DNA from: the human T2T-CHM13v2.0 reference genome, Homo sapiens
DNA length: 64,000 nt
NCBI RefSeq assembly: GCF_009914755.1
Contig: NC_060926.1
Strand: one strand, 5' to 3'
The first letter of the stretch is position 1, and each line of letters opens with the position of its first letter. The notes below the pieces were generated by a model. It ran no database searches and was not told the DNA's origin. It was given only the letters and a program-made list of their open reading frames with translations. The position numbers were made by a program, and so were the translations under genes. Positions 42,509 to 55,400 of the stretch are shown here, in pieces.

Positions 42509-42647
42509 AGGTGGTATTATGGATTCTTAGGTTTAATAATGGTATTGATGTTATGTAGAAAAATGTCCTTATTCTTAGGAGATAAATGCTTATATATTTA
42601 GAAGTGTCACAAAATCTGCACCACACTCTCAAATGATTTGGCAAAAA

Positions 42648-42648
<1 letters not shown>

Positions 42649-42677
<29 letters not shown>
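42649..42677. repeat. (TG)n microsatellite
   Basis: Visible TG run. Confidence 0.9.
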
Positions 42678-42680
<3 letters not shown>

Positions 42681-43033
42681 AAGAAAAATCAAGCAAATAT
42701 GGCAAAACATTAATGATTATTCAATCTAGGTGCTCACTATTCTGTTCTTTTCTGTATGTTAGAATTTTTTTCAAAACAAAAAGCTGGGGAGAAGGAGAAA
42801 AAATTCTAAGAGTCAAAAAAACTGTGTAATCCCCATTTTTATCACTTTTTTTGTGACCAAGTCATTTCAATCACCATTTTATTGATCAGTTCCCTACCTA
42901 CATACTTAGAGCAAATGAGATAACACAGAATGCTTTGCAAAATAAAAAGCATGATACAGAATATATAATATCATCGTAACCAACAAGCTCTGAAGTTTAA
43001 TCGCATCCAGACATCTGGTTTCTTTTTCCTTAC

Positions 43034-43304
43034 CTTCTTATGGTTGTAGATTTCACCATTGTAACAGAGCCACGTGTATGGATATTTCTTCACTTAAATT
43101 GGCTGCATTCCAAACAGCGGGTCAACTACCACCAACCGGTGAAATCCAAAGCAGCAGCTAGTGTATCCATTGACATTCTCAAAACAGAATGCATCTGGAC
43201 CCCGTTTGCAATCTTCATAGCACACAGACACTAAACAGAAAGGCAGTCATTGCTGCCAAACAGGACCCAAATGCCACACATGGTGCAATGAAGCTATAAG
43301 CTCC
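43034..43304 (-). pseudogene. ASNS unprocessed pseudogene, first coding exon (ATG at 43281)
   Basis: [24 protein letters not shown]-(1-nt deletion)[55 protein letters not shown]; stops at 43231-43233 and 43094-43096; AG/GT intact. Confidence 0.94.
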
Positions 43305-43903
43305 CTATGGAGAGAAAAGTAGACAAATCAAAAATATTCAATACCCAATCCAAGTCTGCATTAAATCTTGATTCCAAAAATGTGCATAAACCACTTCAAA
43401 GACTAAAATTTAAACCATCTTTTCTATAGCGATCTCCCATTAGGTTGACAGGCATACGGGAGTAGAGAATGATTTAATTTACCTACAACTATTCAGAAAA
43501 GATAGTGACCTCTACATTCAACCAGCTACAGCAGCTTAGCACCCAGCCAAAGCCTGCATCTCTCCCACCTTAAGATTTAGTGGTTGGCTAGAGTTAGCAG
43601 CATCCAGGCCACATCTATCTCTACATTCTAAGTTTGCTTCCAAGATAGAGAGACAAATGCAGGCTGGCTCCAACCTAGCCAGAGATCCCAGCCCCACTCT
43701 CTGCATCCCAAAATCGCTCAAAGATCCGAGAGACTTTCCGGATTTCTACAGTCTCCTCTGCGGTTCCCTTGACAGTTAAACGCCCTCTCTTTACCTCAAC
43801 TAGCTGCAGGTAGAATATAATGGGTACAAAAGAAAATCACTGTAAGTGTAATATGAAGACACACAGCTCTTTTAAGCATTTCATTATATTAAATCTAGCT
43901 TAC

Positions 43904-43939
43904 TTCTAAGTGATTTATTCAGATGTGACTGAAGAAAGT
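43904..43939 (-). pseudogene. ASNS pseudogene 36-nt 5'UTR exon
   Basis: tttccctttAG|actttcttcagtcacatctgaataaatcacttagaa|GTaag; resembles the ASNS 5'UTR as I recall it. Confidence 0.7.
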
Positions 43940-45052
43940 CTAAAGGGAAAAAAAGCAATTTAATTTGATAAATTATCAATTATAGCCAAATTATTTGGCT
44001 ATAACAAATTAAACATTTTAAGTTGACAGAAGACACAAAATGTTTAAACATTTATATTATACAATGTTTATATAAATTAAACATTATAGCCAAATTATTT
44101 GGCAATAACAAAATTAAACATTTTAAGTTGACAGAAGATACAAACATTCTAAGTTGACAGAACATATAAAATGTTCACTATCAAAATGTCACAATGTCGC
44201 AACTGATAAAAGTGTTCTCAAATATTTCTGTCTCAAACTTGCATTGTTCAGTAAGCAAGCAAAATAGGTGGGACATATACAGCAACAACATCCCTCAAAA
44301 AACAACTTGGCTCATTCCTATAAGCCAGGCAGCAAATACATCATCCTTACATATGTTAATTACCTTCCAATTTCAAATTCTCAACTGTGAAATAAAGGGC
44401 TATTTTATTTGGCTGCTGCCAACTCAAAATGACTGTTTTTATTAAAACAACTCTAACTTGAAAAATATTTGGTGCTTTCTAAAAAACTGCAAATTGCAGC
44501 AAATGGCCAGATAATTTGGGATAAACACCCTACAGAAAAAATATATATTCAAGTTGCATAAGTCACTTTGTGCAATCCTTTGAGGATATTTCATTTATAT
44601 CTAAATGAACCACAGGTTTAGCTGGCTTTTCCGGAAAACCAGAAGCAAATAATGTATGATTATAATGAAAATCATCTCAAGCAATTTGGAAATGAAATAC
44701 CACATGTCCTATGCTGTCCCTTCCATACACTTGACAAAACAGCCTATAACAAATTTACTTTGAGATTTAGCAGGAAAATTCCATGAGATTTAAATGAAAT
44801 GACTACTAATAAGCCATCTGCCTTTGACTCTATACCAATTAAAAACGGGTTAGGAAAGTGCTTTGAAAATCAAGTGTGTTCATCAGGGAATCATTTACCT
44901 AAGTCGTCTTAACACTGCTTAGTGAATATTAAGCCTGATATAGTAAATACACGCTAACCACTAAACTGAAGGGGAAAGAGGGAGAACAAAGAGGCATGTA
45001 AAGTACACTTGCTTTTTCTAGTAGGAAAAAGCCAATTAGAACTATCATCTAG

Positions 45053-45371
<319 letters not shown>

Positions 45372-45467
45372 ATCATCTATTATTTTTATTAGAATCAGTC
45401 TTGTAAGAGGGCAAACTTCCTACTGCCCCTACCTATTCTATTTTTCTTATTTCTTCCTAAACTAGAG

Positions 45468-45774
45468 CTGTGCTGTCCAATAAATATGTGAGCCGCATAT
45501 GTAATTTTAAATGTACTAGTAAGCCCCATTAAAAGAAAAAAGGTGAAATTAATTTTAAGTATACTTAATATGTCCCAAATAGTAATCATAGTAATAATAA
45601 TTTTAACAAGTAATCAATATAAAAAATCATCAAGCAGGTATTTTTACACTGTTCTTCCTACTCCAACGACAAAATCCAGTGTATTTAACACAACACATCT
45701 CAGTTAGGACTAGCCAGCATTTCAAGTGCTCAACACTTACAGGTGGCTAGCGCCTACTGAACTGGACACTGCAG
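45468..45774 (+). mobile_element. MER33-like hAT-Charlie MITE
   Basis: gctgtccaata...gagccgcatatgtaattttaaat...tggacactgcag termini. Confidence 0.7.
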
Positions 45775-47312
45775 TTTCAGTGCATTGAATTTCTATCCCA
45801 CTTAGCGCTACTTAAAACTTCACCCTCTCACCTGACAATTATGCTAAGATCTCAGTAAGTAACCAACTACAGGCAGTTTCAAGCCCCACTTTACCTCTGA
45901 TTACTCTTACAGCAATGCAATGAATCATGATTTAAAATTTAAAAAAAAAAAAATTGCTGTTAAATTATTAGTCAAGCGCCCAGGGCAATGGACAGCAAAG
46001 AAATAATGTAGGCCACGGGCCGAGATGACAAAACGGTCCTTTTACTTAAAGCTGTAACAACAATCTGAAGCCAGCCCTGTAAAACAGACATCCATTGAAA
46101 AAGGCATGCTAGTTCTTTTGCCTTTTTGTGTACTTGGCCTCCCGTGTCCCTAAACAGACCTCTTCTCGGCAGGCTTTGCTCAGCAAGTCACTTGTTGAGT
46201 CTTGCAGTCTACAGAGGGGGTGGGGAATGGCAGGGGCTGGCATAGGAGTGAGAGGGGAGGAGGCAAGGTGAGGGGGGCCAGGTGAGGAGGGGAGCAGTTG
46301 AAGGGGAGTTCAAGACCAGCCTGGGCAACATGGTGAGACGCCCCCTGCTCCCCGCCGCCACCATCTTTGGTCTCACTAACATACAAACATGCACAAATTA
46401 CATTTAAAAATTAAAAAATTGTCTAAAAAGTGAAATATTTACATGGATTATGTTTATATTCATTTTGTAGAACTATCGATCCCATGGAACTGGGAACTCT
46501 TTACTCTTCCAACACAACATTTATTTAGCCACAAATAAAAGAAGACCAGTGATATAGCCTGTACACAAAAAATAAGAAAACACTGGTTAGGCTGGGGCAG
46601 GGGTGGGGGGAAGAGATCTACAAAATTAAAATTTTATTGGGAAGGATCACTAATTAGAATCAGAACAATTACTGCTTTAAAGTAGTTAAGAACAGAGCAC
46701 AAGGAACCCAGAGAAGAAGCAGATATGATTCAGAGCAGAGCTCACAGAGCAGATGGTATCTGAGCTGAGGCTGATAGAATAACATTAATAAGGGCATTCA
46801 TGGCCATTTATCATCACTTAACTGCAATGCATTTTGTATAAGTTATTTCTACTCTTCATATCAACCATGGAAAATAATAATTATTCTTCTCTTTTCAAGT
46901 TAAGGAAGTGGTAAGTGGTCTAAGAAGATAAATTAACATACCAACACCAAACAGCCCAAGTTCAGTGACTCAAGAGTGCCCGTGTCTCCCCAAGAGGTTG
47001 CTTAGCAGGCAGACGAGGTAGAGAGAGCCCTTCCAAGAAGTGACAGTGAGATGTAAAAGGTCTCAGTGTGCCTCTGAGAACAACAGAAAGCAGTACGTAG
47101 ACCAAGAGGGAAAAGCCACAGAAGAGGCAGGGATTTCCTCTTAAGAGAGCAAGAATAAACAGAGCAGGGCTGAAGGAAGCCATGGAAAACGGGCAGAATA
47201 CCATGCATTTAGCAAGAAAAAAACAACTTTTACTTTAGAAAAGGGGAAAGAATGGTGGTGGTCTAGGTAAGCCTAGAAGAAGAGGAAAGGGCAGTGGAGA
47301 AAAAATAAAAAT

Positions 47313-47714
47313 CTATTAGTCAGGGTTCTCCAGAGGGACAGAACCACCAGGATACACGTATATGTATAAGGGAGTTTACGAGAGAGAATTGGCTCACACA
47401 GTTACAAGGCAAAGTCCCACAACAGGCTGTCTGCCAGGTAGGGAAAGAGAGAAGCTAGTAGTGGCTCAGTCCAAGTCCAAAAGCCTCAAAACCAGGAAAG
47501 CCCACAGTGCAGTCTTCAGTCTGAGGCCGAGGGCCTGAGAGCCTCGGGGAAGCCGCTGGTGCAAGTCCCACAGTTCAAAGGCGTAAGAACCTGGAGTCTG
47601 ATGTCCAAGGGCAGGAGGAAGGGAAGCAAGCGTCCTGCACGGGAAGAAGAAAAAAAGAGAGCCAGAAGCCTCAGCCAGCAAGGTTATCCCACCTTCCTCC
47701 GCCTGCTTTGTTCT
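47313..47714 (-). mobile_element. MLT2 (ERVL) LTR, truncated by the satellite
   Basis: tattagtcagggttctccagagggacagaac...gtccaagtccaaaagcctcaaaaccagg. Confidence 0.8.
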
Positions 47715-47720
47715 ATACAG

Positions 47721-49500
47721 TGCAGCGTGTGTACACCACTTCTGTGATATTGTTCCTAATATCCATGGGAAGAAAGGGTGATATTACTCCCAACAGCGCA
47801 TGGGAGTGTACACCCCGTGATATTCCTAGTATGCAGGGGCGGGAAAACGATGACATTACTCCCAAAATCGCAGTGTGTGTACTCCCTGCCTTGTGATATT
47901 GTTCCTAATATTTAGGGGCTAGTGGATGATATTACTCCCAATATCGCAGGGGGTGTACACCCCCACCCCGTGGTATTCTTCCTAATATCTGGGGTGGGGG
48001 AGAGGATATTACTGTCAATATCGCAGGGGGTGTACACCCCTTCTGTGATATTGTTCCTAATATCCAGGTGGGGAGAGGATCATATCACTTTCAATACCGC
48101 CAAGTGTGTACATCCCCCTTGTGATACTGTTCCTAGCATTTAGGGTACAGTGGATGATATTACTGTCAATATCACAGGGGGTGTGCACCCCCCCGTGGTA
48201 TTGTTCCTAATGTCCAGCAAAGGAGAAAACACTACTGCTCCCAATGTGGTGGGGGGTGTACACTTCCCATGCAATATTGTTCCTAATATCCATGGGGGGA
48301 AAAGATATTGGGAACAATATTACAAACAATATCACAGGGGGGTGTACACACCCTGTGATATGAGGTGTAATATCATCCTCTCTCCCCTGGATATTACAAA
48401 CTATATCACAGAGGGGTTTAAACCCCCTGCGATGTGGAAAGTAGTATCATCCTCTCCCCCACTGGATATTACAAACAATATCACAGACGGTGTACACGTG
48501 AGGTGTTTATGATATTGGGAGTAATATCATCTCCCCCAGTGGATATTATGAACAGTATCACAGAGGGGTGTATACACACACTGACTTATAGGGAGTAATA
48601 TACTCCTCTCCCACCCTGGATATTACAAACATCATCACAGAGGGTGTACACACAGGGTGTTTACGATATTGGAAGTAGTATTATCTCCCCTATGGGTATT
48701 ACGAATAATATCGCAGGGGGATGTACGTCCCCTGTAATATAGGAAGTAATATCATCCTTTCCCAGCCTGGATATTACAAACAATATGGCAGGGGGCAGTA
48801 CACCCCGGCGATATGGGTAGTAACATCATCTCCTCCCGCCGTGGATATTACGAACAATATCCTAGGGGGTTGTACACCCCCTGCAATATGGGTAGTAACA
48901 TCATCCTCTCCCCCACTAGATATTATAAACAATATCTCAAGAAGGGTGTATACTTCCTGTGATAAAAGGAGTAATATCATTCTCTCCCCCCCCCCCCAGA
49001 GATGATATGAACAGTATCTCAGGGAATTGTTCTCCCATGCTATATGGGGAGTAACATCTTCATCTTTCCCCTGGATATTAGGAAAAATAATGCAGGGGAA
49101 TGTAAATCCCCTGTGATATGGGGAGTAAAATCATTCTCTCTGGCCGGGTGCAGTGGCTCACACCTGTAATCCCAGCACTTTGGGAGGACGAGGCAGGCGG
49201 ATCACGAGGTCAGGAGATCGAGACCATCCTGGCTAACACGGTGAAACCCCGTCTCTACTAAAAACACAAAAAATTAGCCAGGTGCGGTGGTGGGCACCTG
49301 TAGTCCCAGCTACTCAGGAGGCTGAGGCAGGAGAATGGCATGAACCCGGGAGGCGAAGCTTGCAATGAGCCAAGATCACACCACTGCACTCCAGCCCGTG
49401 CGACAGAGCAAGGCTCTGTCTCAAAAAAAAAAAACAAAACCAAAACAAATCATTCTCTCCCTCCCTGGATATTATGGACAATATCACAGAGGGGTGTACA
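47721..49500. repeat. SATR1/SATR2-type ~73-bp satellite, left block (forward to ~48304, then reversed)
   Basis: Unit ~TGATATTGTTCCTAATATCCAGGGGGAAGAGGATGATATTACTCCCAATATCGCAGGGGGTGTACACCCCCTG. Confidence 0.88.
49142..49446 (+). mobile_element. AluY inserted in the satellite
   Basis: TSD aaatcattctctc at 49128-49140 / 49447-49459. Confidence 0.93.
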
Positions 49501-50030
49501 ACTAGTTTCTAGAATATATTTGAGGAGGGTGATGGGCGGTGTGTGCGTGCTCATGGCCTTAATTCAATTAAGCACTCTGCTCTCAATTTATTGCTAAATC
49601 CTCCTTGAGCCCTTAGATTTCTTAAAGGTTGTCCTGAGATTTTTCTGGGTGTAGAAAACGTACCCATTTCTTGCCACCTCATGGGCTACACCTTGACCTA
49701 ACGTTTTTATGTAGATACTTGTGCTTACCCTGCGGCCTTTCCAGAGTTTGCTGAAGATGGAGGTATATAGGCTGGGCAAGAGGTGGTGAGGTAAATTGGG
49801 GTTTATCGATTATAGAACAGGCTCCTTTAGAGGGATATAAAGCACCGCCAAGTCCTTTGAGTTTTAAGCTGTTGCTTGTAGTGTTCTGGCAAACAGTTTT
49901 GTTGATCTAACTATTCGAGTTTAGGGTTAAGCATAACGAGGTATCTACTCCCAGTTTGGGTCTTAGCTATTTTGTCTTCAGAATATTAAAGGCACCTTCG
50001 CAGTTATTTCAGCTTGGGTTTTTTACAACT
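49501..50030 (-). pseudogene. NUMT piece 1: mitochondrial 12S rRNA fragment
   Basis: Reverse-strand 12S motifs: ggcggtgtgt, gggctacaccttgacctaacgt, caccgccaagtcctttgagttttaagctg, cccagtttgggtcttagcta. Confidence 0.93.
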
Positions 50031-50094
50031 TTTTTACAACTAATTTACAAACTTTCAGGTTTCTAAATATATAAATGAACCGTAATATAAGCCT

Positions 50095-51167
50095 CAGCCA
50101 ACACAATGCCAGTTAGGCCTCCTACTGTAAAAAGGAAAATAAATCCCCAGGCTCAGAGCATTGCGGGGGATCATTTGATATTCCCGCCATGAAGTGTAGC
50201 TAGCTAGTCAGCTAAAAACTTTGACGCCAGTAGGAATAGCAATAATTATAGTAGCAGAGGTGAAGCAAGCTCATGTATCCACATCTATCCCTACTGTAAA
50301 TATACAGTGGGCCCATACGATAAACCGTAAGAACCCAATTGATCCTATAGCTCACACTAGGCCCATATACCCGAATGGTTCTTTTTTTTCCAGAATAATA
50401 TGTTACAATGTGGGAAATTATCCCAAAGCCCAGTCGGATGAGGATGTAGACTTCAGGGTAACCAAATAATCTGAATAAATGCTGATATAAGATAGGATCA
50501 CCTCCGCCAGCCAGGTAGAAAAAAGTAGTACTAAGATTGCGGTCATTTAACAACATAGTAATGCCGGCGGCTAGGACTGGGAGACAAAGGAATAAAAGAA
50601 CTGCTGTAATTAGGACCAATCAGATGAAGAGGGGTGTGTGATATTGGGACATGGCTGGGGGTTTTATATTAACAATTGTGGTAATAAAGTTAATAGCCCC
50701 TAAAATAGAAGAAACATCTGCCAAGTGGAGTGAAAAGATAGTGAAATCTACAGAGGCGCCTGCATGTGTTAGGTTTCCTGCTAAGGGAAGAGAGACTGTT
50801 GAGCCGGTTCCAGTGCCGGCCCCTACTATAGTGGATGCAAGTAATAACAGGAAGGAGGGTGGGAGGAGTCAGAAGCTCATATTATTTATGTGGAGAAGTG
50901 CTATATCGGGGGTGCCAATTATCAGAGGGACTAATCAATTGCCAAGACCTCCAATTATAGTATTACTATAAAGAAAATTATGACAAATGCATAAGCTGTA
51001 ACAATGACATTATAAATTTGATCATCTAGTAGAGTACCTGGGTGACCCAGTTCAGCTCGAATAAGGCTTAAAGCTGTATCGACTATCCCTGCTCATGCAC
51101 CAAATAATAAATACAATGTCCCGATATCTTTATGGTTGGTTGAGAATAGTCAACTGTCGGCGAACAT
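50095..51167 (-). pseudogene. NUMT piece 2a: COX1 5' two-thirds (ATG at 51167)
   Basis: [57 protein letters not shown]; frameshifts present. Confidence 0.95.
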
Positions 51168-51186
51168 AAATGAAGTGAGAAAAAAG

Positions 51187-51490
51187 GGTAAAATGACTTG
51201 AGTAGGGCTTACATCTACTAGATGTACATCTAAAAACAGAGTCTGTACATCTGAAAACAGAGGTCAAGACCTCTTTTTACCAGTCCCGAGATGATTTTCA
51301 TGTTGAATTGTAAATTCAAAGAAGCAGCTTCAATCCTGCTTCTCTCACCTTTTTTTCCCCAGCGGCTGGAGAAGTAGATTAAAACCAGTTGACTAGGGAG
51401 TTTAGCTGTTAAGTTTTCGTGGGTTTAAGTCTCATCAATTTAGTAAGGACTTAGCTTACTTACAGTGATTGATTTGTATTGAACTGACCA
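51187..51490 (+). pseudogene. NUMT piece 2b: mt tRNA-Tyr, Cys, OL stem-loop (~51339-51374), Asn and partial Ala pseudo-tRNAs
   Basis: WANCY cluster order directly upstream of COX1; degraded, with an internal duplication in Tyr. Confidence 0.85.
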
Positions 51491-51493
51491 AGG

Positions 51494-52269
51494 GTGATCT
51501 GTATCTGAGAAAGTACACTTCAGGGCCACCACACAACAACTGTTCAAAAAGGCCTCCGATATGGGATAGTCCTATGTATTATCTCGGAAATATTTTTTCT
51601 TCGCTGGATTCTTTTGAGCATTCTACCATTCTAGCCTAGCCCCTACTCCAGAATTAGGAGGACACAGACCCCCAACAGGTATTTCTCCCCTCGACCCCCT
51701 GGAAGTACCTCTCCTGAATACATCTGTATTACTTGCATCAGGAGTTTCAATTACTTGAGCCCATCACAGCCTAACAAAAAATAATCAAAAACATATAATC
51801 CAAGCACTACCTATTACAATTATATTAGGTATTTACTTCACCCTCCTACAAGTCTCAGAATACTTCAAAGCTGCCTTTGCTATTTCTGATGGTATTTGGT
51901 ATTTATGGCTCAACATTTTTTATAGCTACAGGCTTTCACAGACTTCATGTCATTATTGGATCAATATTCCTCACTGTCTGCCTTCTCCGCCAATTAAAAT
52001 ACCACTTTACATCTAGTCATCACTTTGCCTTTGAAGGTGCTGCCTGATATTGACACTTCATAGATGTAGTATGACTATTCTTGTATGTTTCTATTTATTG
52101 ATGAGGATCTTACTCTTTTAGTATAAATAGTACCATGATTTCCAAAGTTTCGATAGCATCCGAAAAACAGTAATTCACCTAACATTAACCCTAGTAATCA
52201 ACACTCTATTAGCCCTGTTACTAACAATTATTACATTTTGGCTCCCACAACTTAATATATATATATAGA

Positions 52270-52303
<34 letters not shown>

Positions 52304-52477
52304 AATATATATAGAAAAATCTAGCCCTTACGGATGCGGATTTGATCCTATCCTCTGCCCACATTCCCTTCTCCATAAAATTCTTTCTAGTAGCCATCAC
52401 ATTTCTTCTATTTGACTTAGAACTCGCCCTACTACTACCCTTACTGTGAGCCCTTCAAACAATCTGATACTAATAAT
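51494..52477 (+). pseudogene. NUMT piece 3: COX3 3' part (to ~52110), tRNA-Gly (52112-52172), ND3 5' part (52173-52477)
   Basis: gctggattcttttgagcattctaccattctagcctagcccc, actcttttagtataaatagtacc, ggatgcggatttgatcc; orientation opposite to pieces 1-2. Confidence 0.92.
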
Positions 52478-55400
52478 CCCTGCGATATGTGTAGTGACAT
52501 CATACTTCCCCCCCTGGGTATTACGGCCAATATCAGAGTGGAGTGTGCATCCCCTGCAATATGGGGAATGACATTATCCTCTCCCCACTGGATGTTACAG
52601 ACAATATCACAAGGGGTTTACCTTCCCTGCGATAAGGGGGAATAATATCCTCCTGCCCCCGCTTGGATGTTAGATATATTTACAGGGGGGTGTCCACCCC
52701 CTGCAATATGGGGAGTAGTAATATCCTCTCCCGCCCTGGATGTTATGGACAATATATAGGGGGGTGTACAATCCCTTTGACATGGGGAGTAATATCATCC
52801 TCTTCCCCTTAAATTTTACGAACAGTATCACAGGAGGATGTACACCCCCTGCGATATCTGCAGTAGTATCATCCCCTTCTTCCCTAAATGTTACAGAGAC
52901 TACCACAGGGGTGTGTACACCTCCTGAAACATGGGAATAATATTTTCTTCCCCTCTGGATGTTATGGACAACATTACAGCGGTGTGTACACCCCCTATGA
53001 TATGCGGAGTAATATCCTCTCCCCCCGGATGTAAGGGACAATACCACAAATGGGTTTACATCCCCTGTGATATGGGGAGTAATATCATCCTCTTTCCTAC
53101 TGGATATTACAAACAATATCATACGGGGATGTACAACCCCTGCGATATTAGAAATATCTTCTAATCCACTGAAAATTATAAACAATATCACGAGTGTACA
53201 CTCCCTGCGATATTGGGAGTAATATTATCCTCTCAGCCCCTGAATATTACGAACTATATTGCAGAGGTGTTTACACCTCCTGCCATATTGGGAGTAATAT
53301 CATCCTCTAATCCCCTAAAAATTACAAACAGTATCACAGGGGAGTGTATACTCCCTACGATATTGGGAGTAATATCATCCTGTCCTCTTCTAAATATTAT
53401 GAATAATATTACAGGGGATTTAACACGTCTTGCGATATGTGGAGTAATATCCTCTCCTCCCCTAAGTATTGTGAACAATATAACAGGAAATTGTACACAA
53501 CCTGCGGTACTGTTTGTGGTATCCAGTGGGAAAGATGATGCTATTACTCCCCATATCGCAGGGGGTGTACACCCCCACTGTGATATATTCAATAACATCC
53601 AGAAGTAATATTACTGACAAAATCGCAGGGGGTGTAAACCCCACCTGTGATATTGTTCCTAATATCCCGGGGAAGAGGATGATATTATTCCCAATATTGC
53701 AGGGGGTGTACACCCACCCTATGATATTGTTCTTAATATCCAGGAGGGAAGAGGATGGTATTACTCACAATATCAAAGAGGTTGTACAGCCCCCCCGTCA
53801 CAGTTTCTAATATCCAGGGGGTGTATCCAGCCCCCTCTTGTGATATTGTTCATAATATGTAGGGGGAAGGACCATGATATTACTGTCCATATCGCAGCAG
53901 GTGTACAACCCTTCCCCGGGATATCATTCCTAATATCCATGGGAAGAAAGAATATTACAATATCGCAGAAGTTGTACACCCCCTCTGTGACATTGTTCCT
54001 AATATCAAAGACGCAAGTGTATGATGTTACTCCCAAAATCACAGGGAGTGTACACACCCCGTGATATTTTTCCTAATATCTAGAGTGAGAGAGAGCATTA
54101 CTTCCAATATCGTAAGGAGTGTACACTCCCCCCGTGATACCAGGTGGGGAAATGTTGATATTACTCCAAATATCACAGTGGGTGTACACACGTTTTGCCA
54201 TATTGTTCCTAATATCAAGTGGGGGAGAGGATTATATTACTTCCAATATATTACTCCCCCCCATTATACTATTCTTAATATCCAGATTTGGAGAGGATGA
54301 TATTACTCCCAAAATCTCAGGAGGTGTAGACCCCTTCTGTGATATTGTTTCTTATATCCAGGGGAAGACTAGATGATATTACTCCCAACAGCGCAGGGTG
54401 TTACACGCCACCCCCCATGATATTGTTTCTAATATCAAGTTGGGGAGAGGGTGATATTACTCCCAATAGCGCAAAGGGTGCACACCAGCCCTGTGATATT
54501 ACTCCTAGTATCCAGAGGGGGAGAGAATGGTATTATTTTTAACATCGCAGAGGGTGTACACCCCCCTTGCGATATTGCTCCTGATATCCAAGGGGCAGAG
54601 GATGAAATTACTCCCAATATCACAGTGGGTGTACGTCCCCCCGTGGTATTGTTCCTAATATCCAGGGGGTATAGGATGGTAGTAGTGTAAATATCACAGA
54701 GGGTGTACACCCCTTCTGATATTGTTCCTAATATCCATGGGGGGAGTGGATGATATTACTTCCAATATCACTGTGCGTGTACACCACCCTTGTGATATTG
54801 TTCCTAACATCCTGGGAGGAGACGACGATATTACTGGCAATATCGCAGGGGGTGTGCATTCCCGTGATATTGTTCCTAATGTCCAGCAAGGGAGAAAGTA
54901 TTACTCCCAATATAGCAGGGGGTGTACACTTCCCATGCGATATTGTTCCTAATATCCATAGGGGAAAAGGATGATATTACTCTAAATGTTGCAGGAGATG
55001 TAAACCGCCCCTGTGATATTGTTCTCAATATCCATGGGGGGAGAGAATGGTATTACTCCCAATATCACAGGTGGTGTACACACCTCCTGTTATATTAATC
55101 CTAACATCCAGGTTGGGAGAGAATAATATTACCGACAAAATCGCAGGGGGTGTACACCCCGCCTGTGATATTGTTCCTAATATCCCGGGGAAGAGTGGAC
55201 AATATTACTCCCAATATCGCAGGATGTGTACACCCCCTTTGTGACAGTGTTCCTAATAACCATAGGAGGAGAGGGTGATATCACTCCCAATAGTGCAGAA
55301 AAGGTACAGCCCCCCACTGTGATATCATTCCCAATGTCCAGAGGGAAGAGGATTATATTACTCCCAATATCACAGAGGGTGTACACCCACCCTGTGATAT

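Noticed and set aside
51187-52172. Functional tRNA genes
   Set aside because: Mitochondrial-type pseudo-tRNAs with deletions and duplications inside a NUMT.
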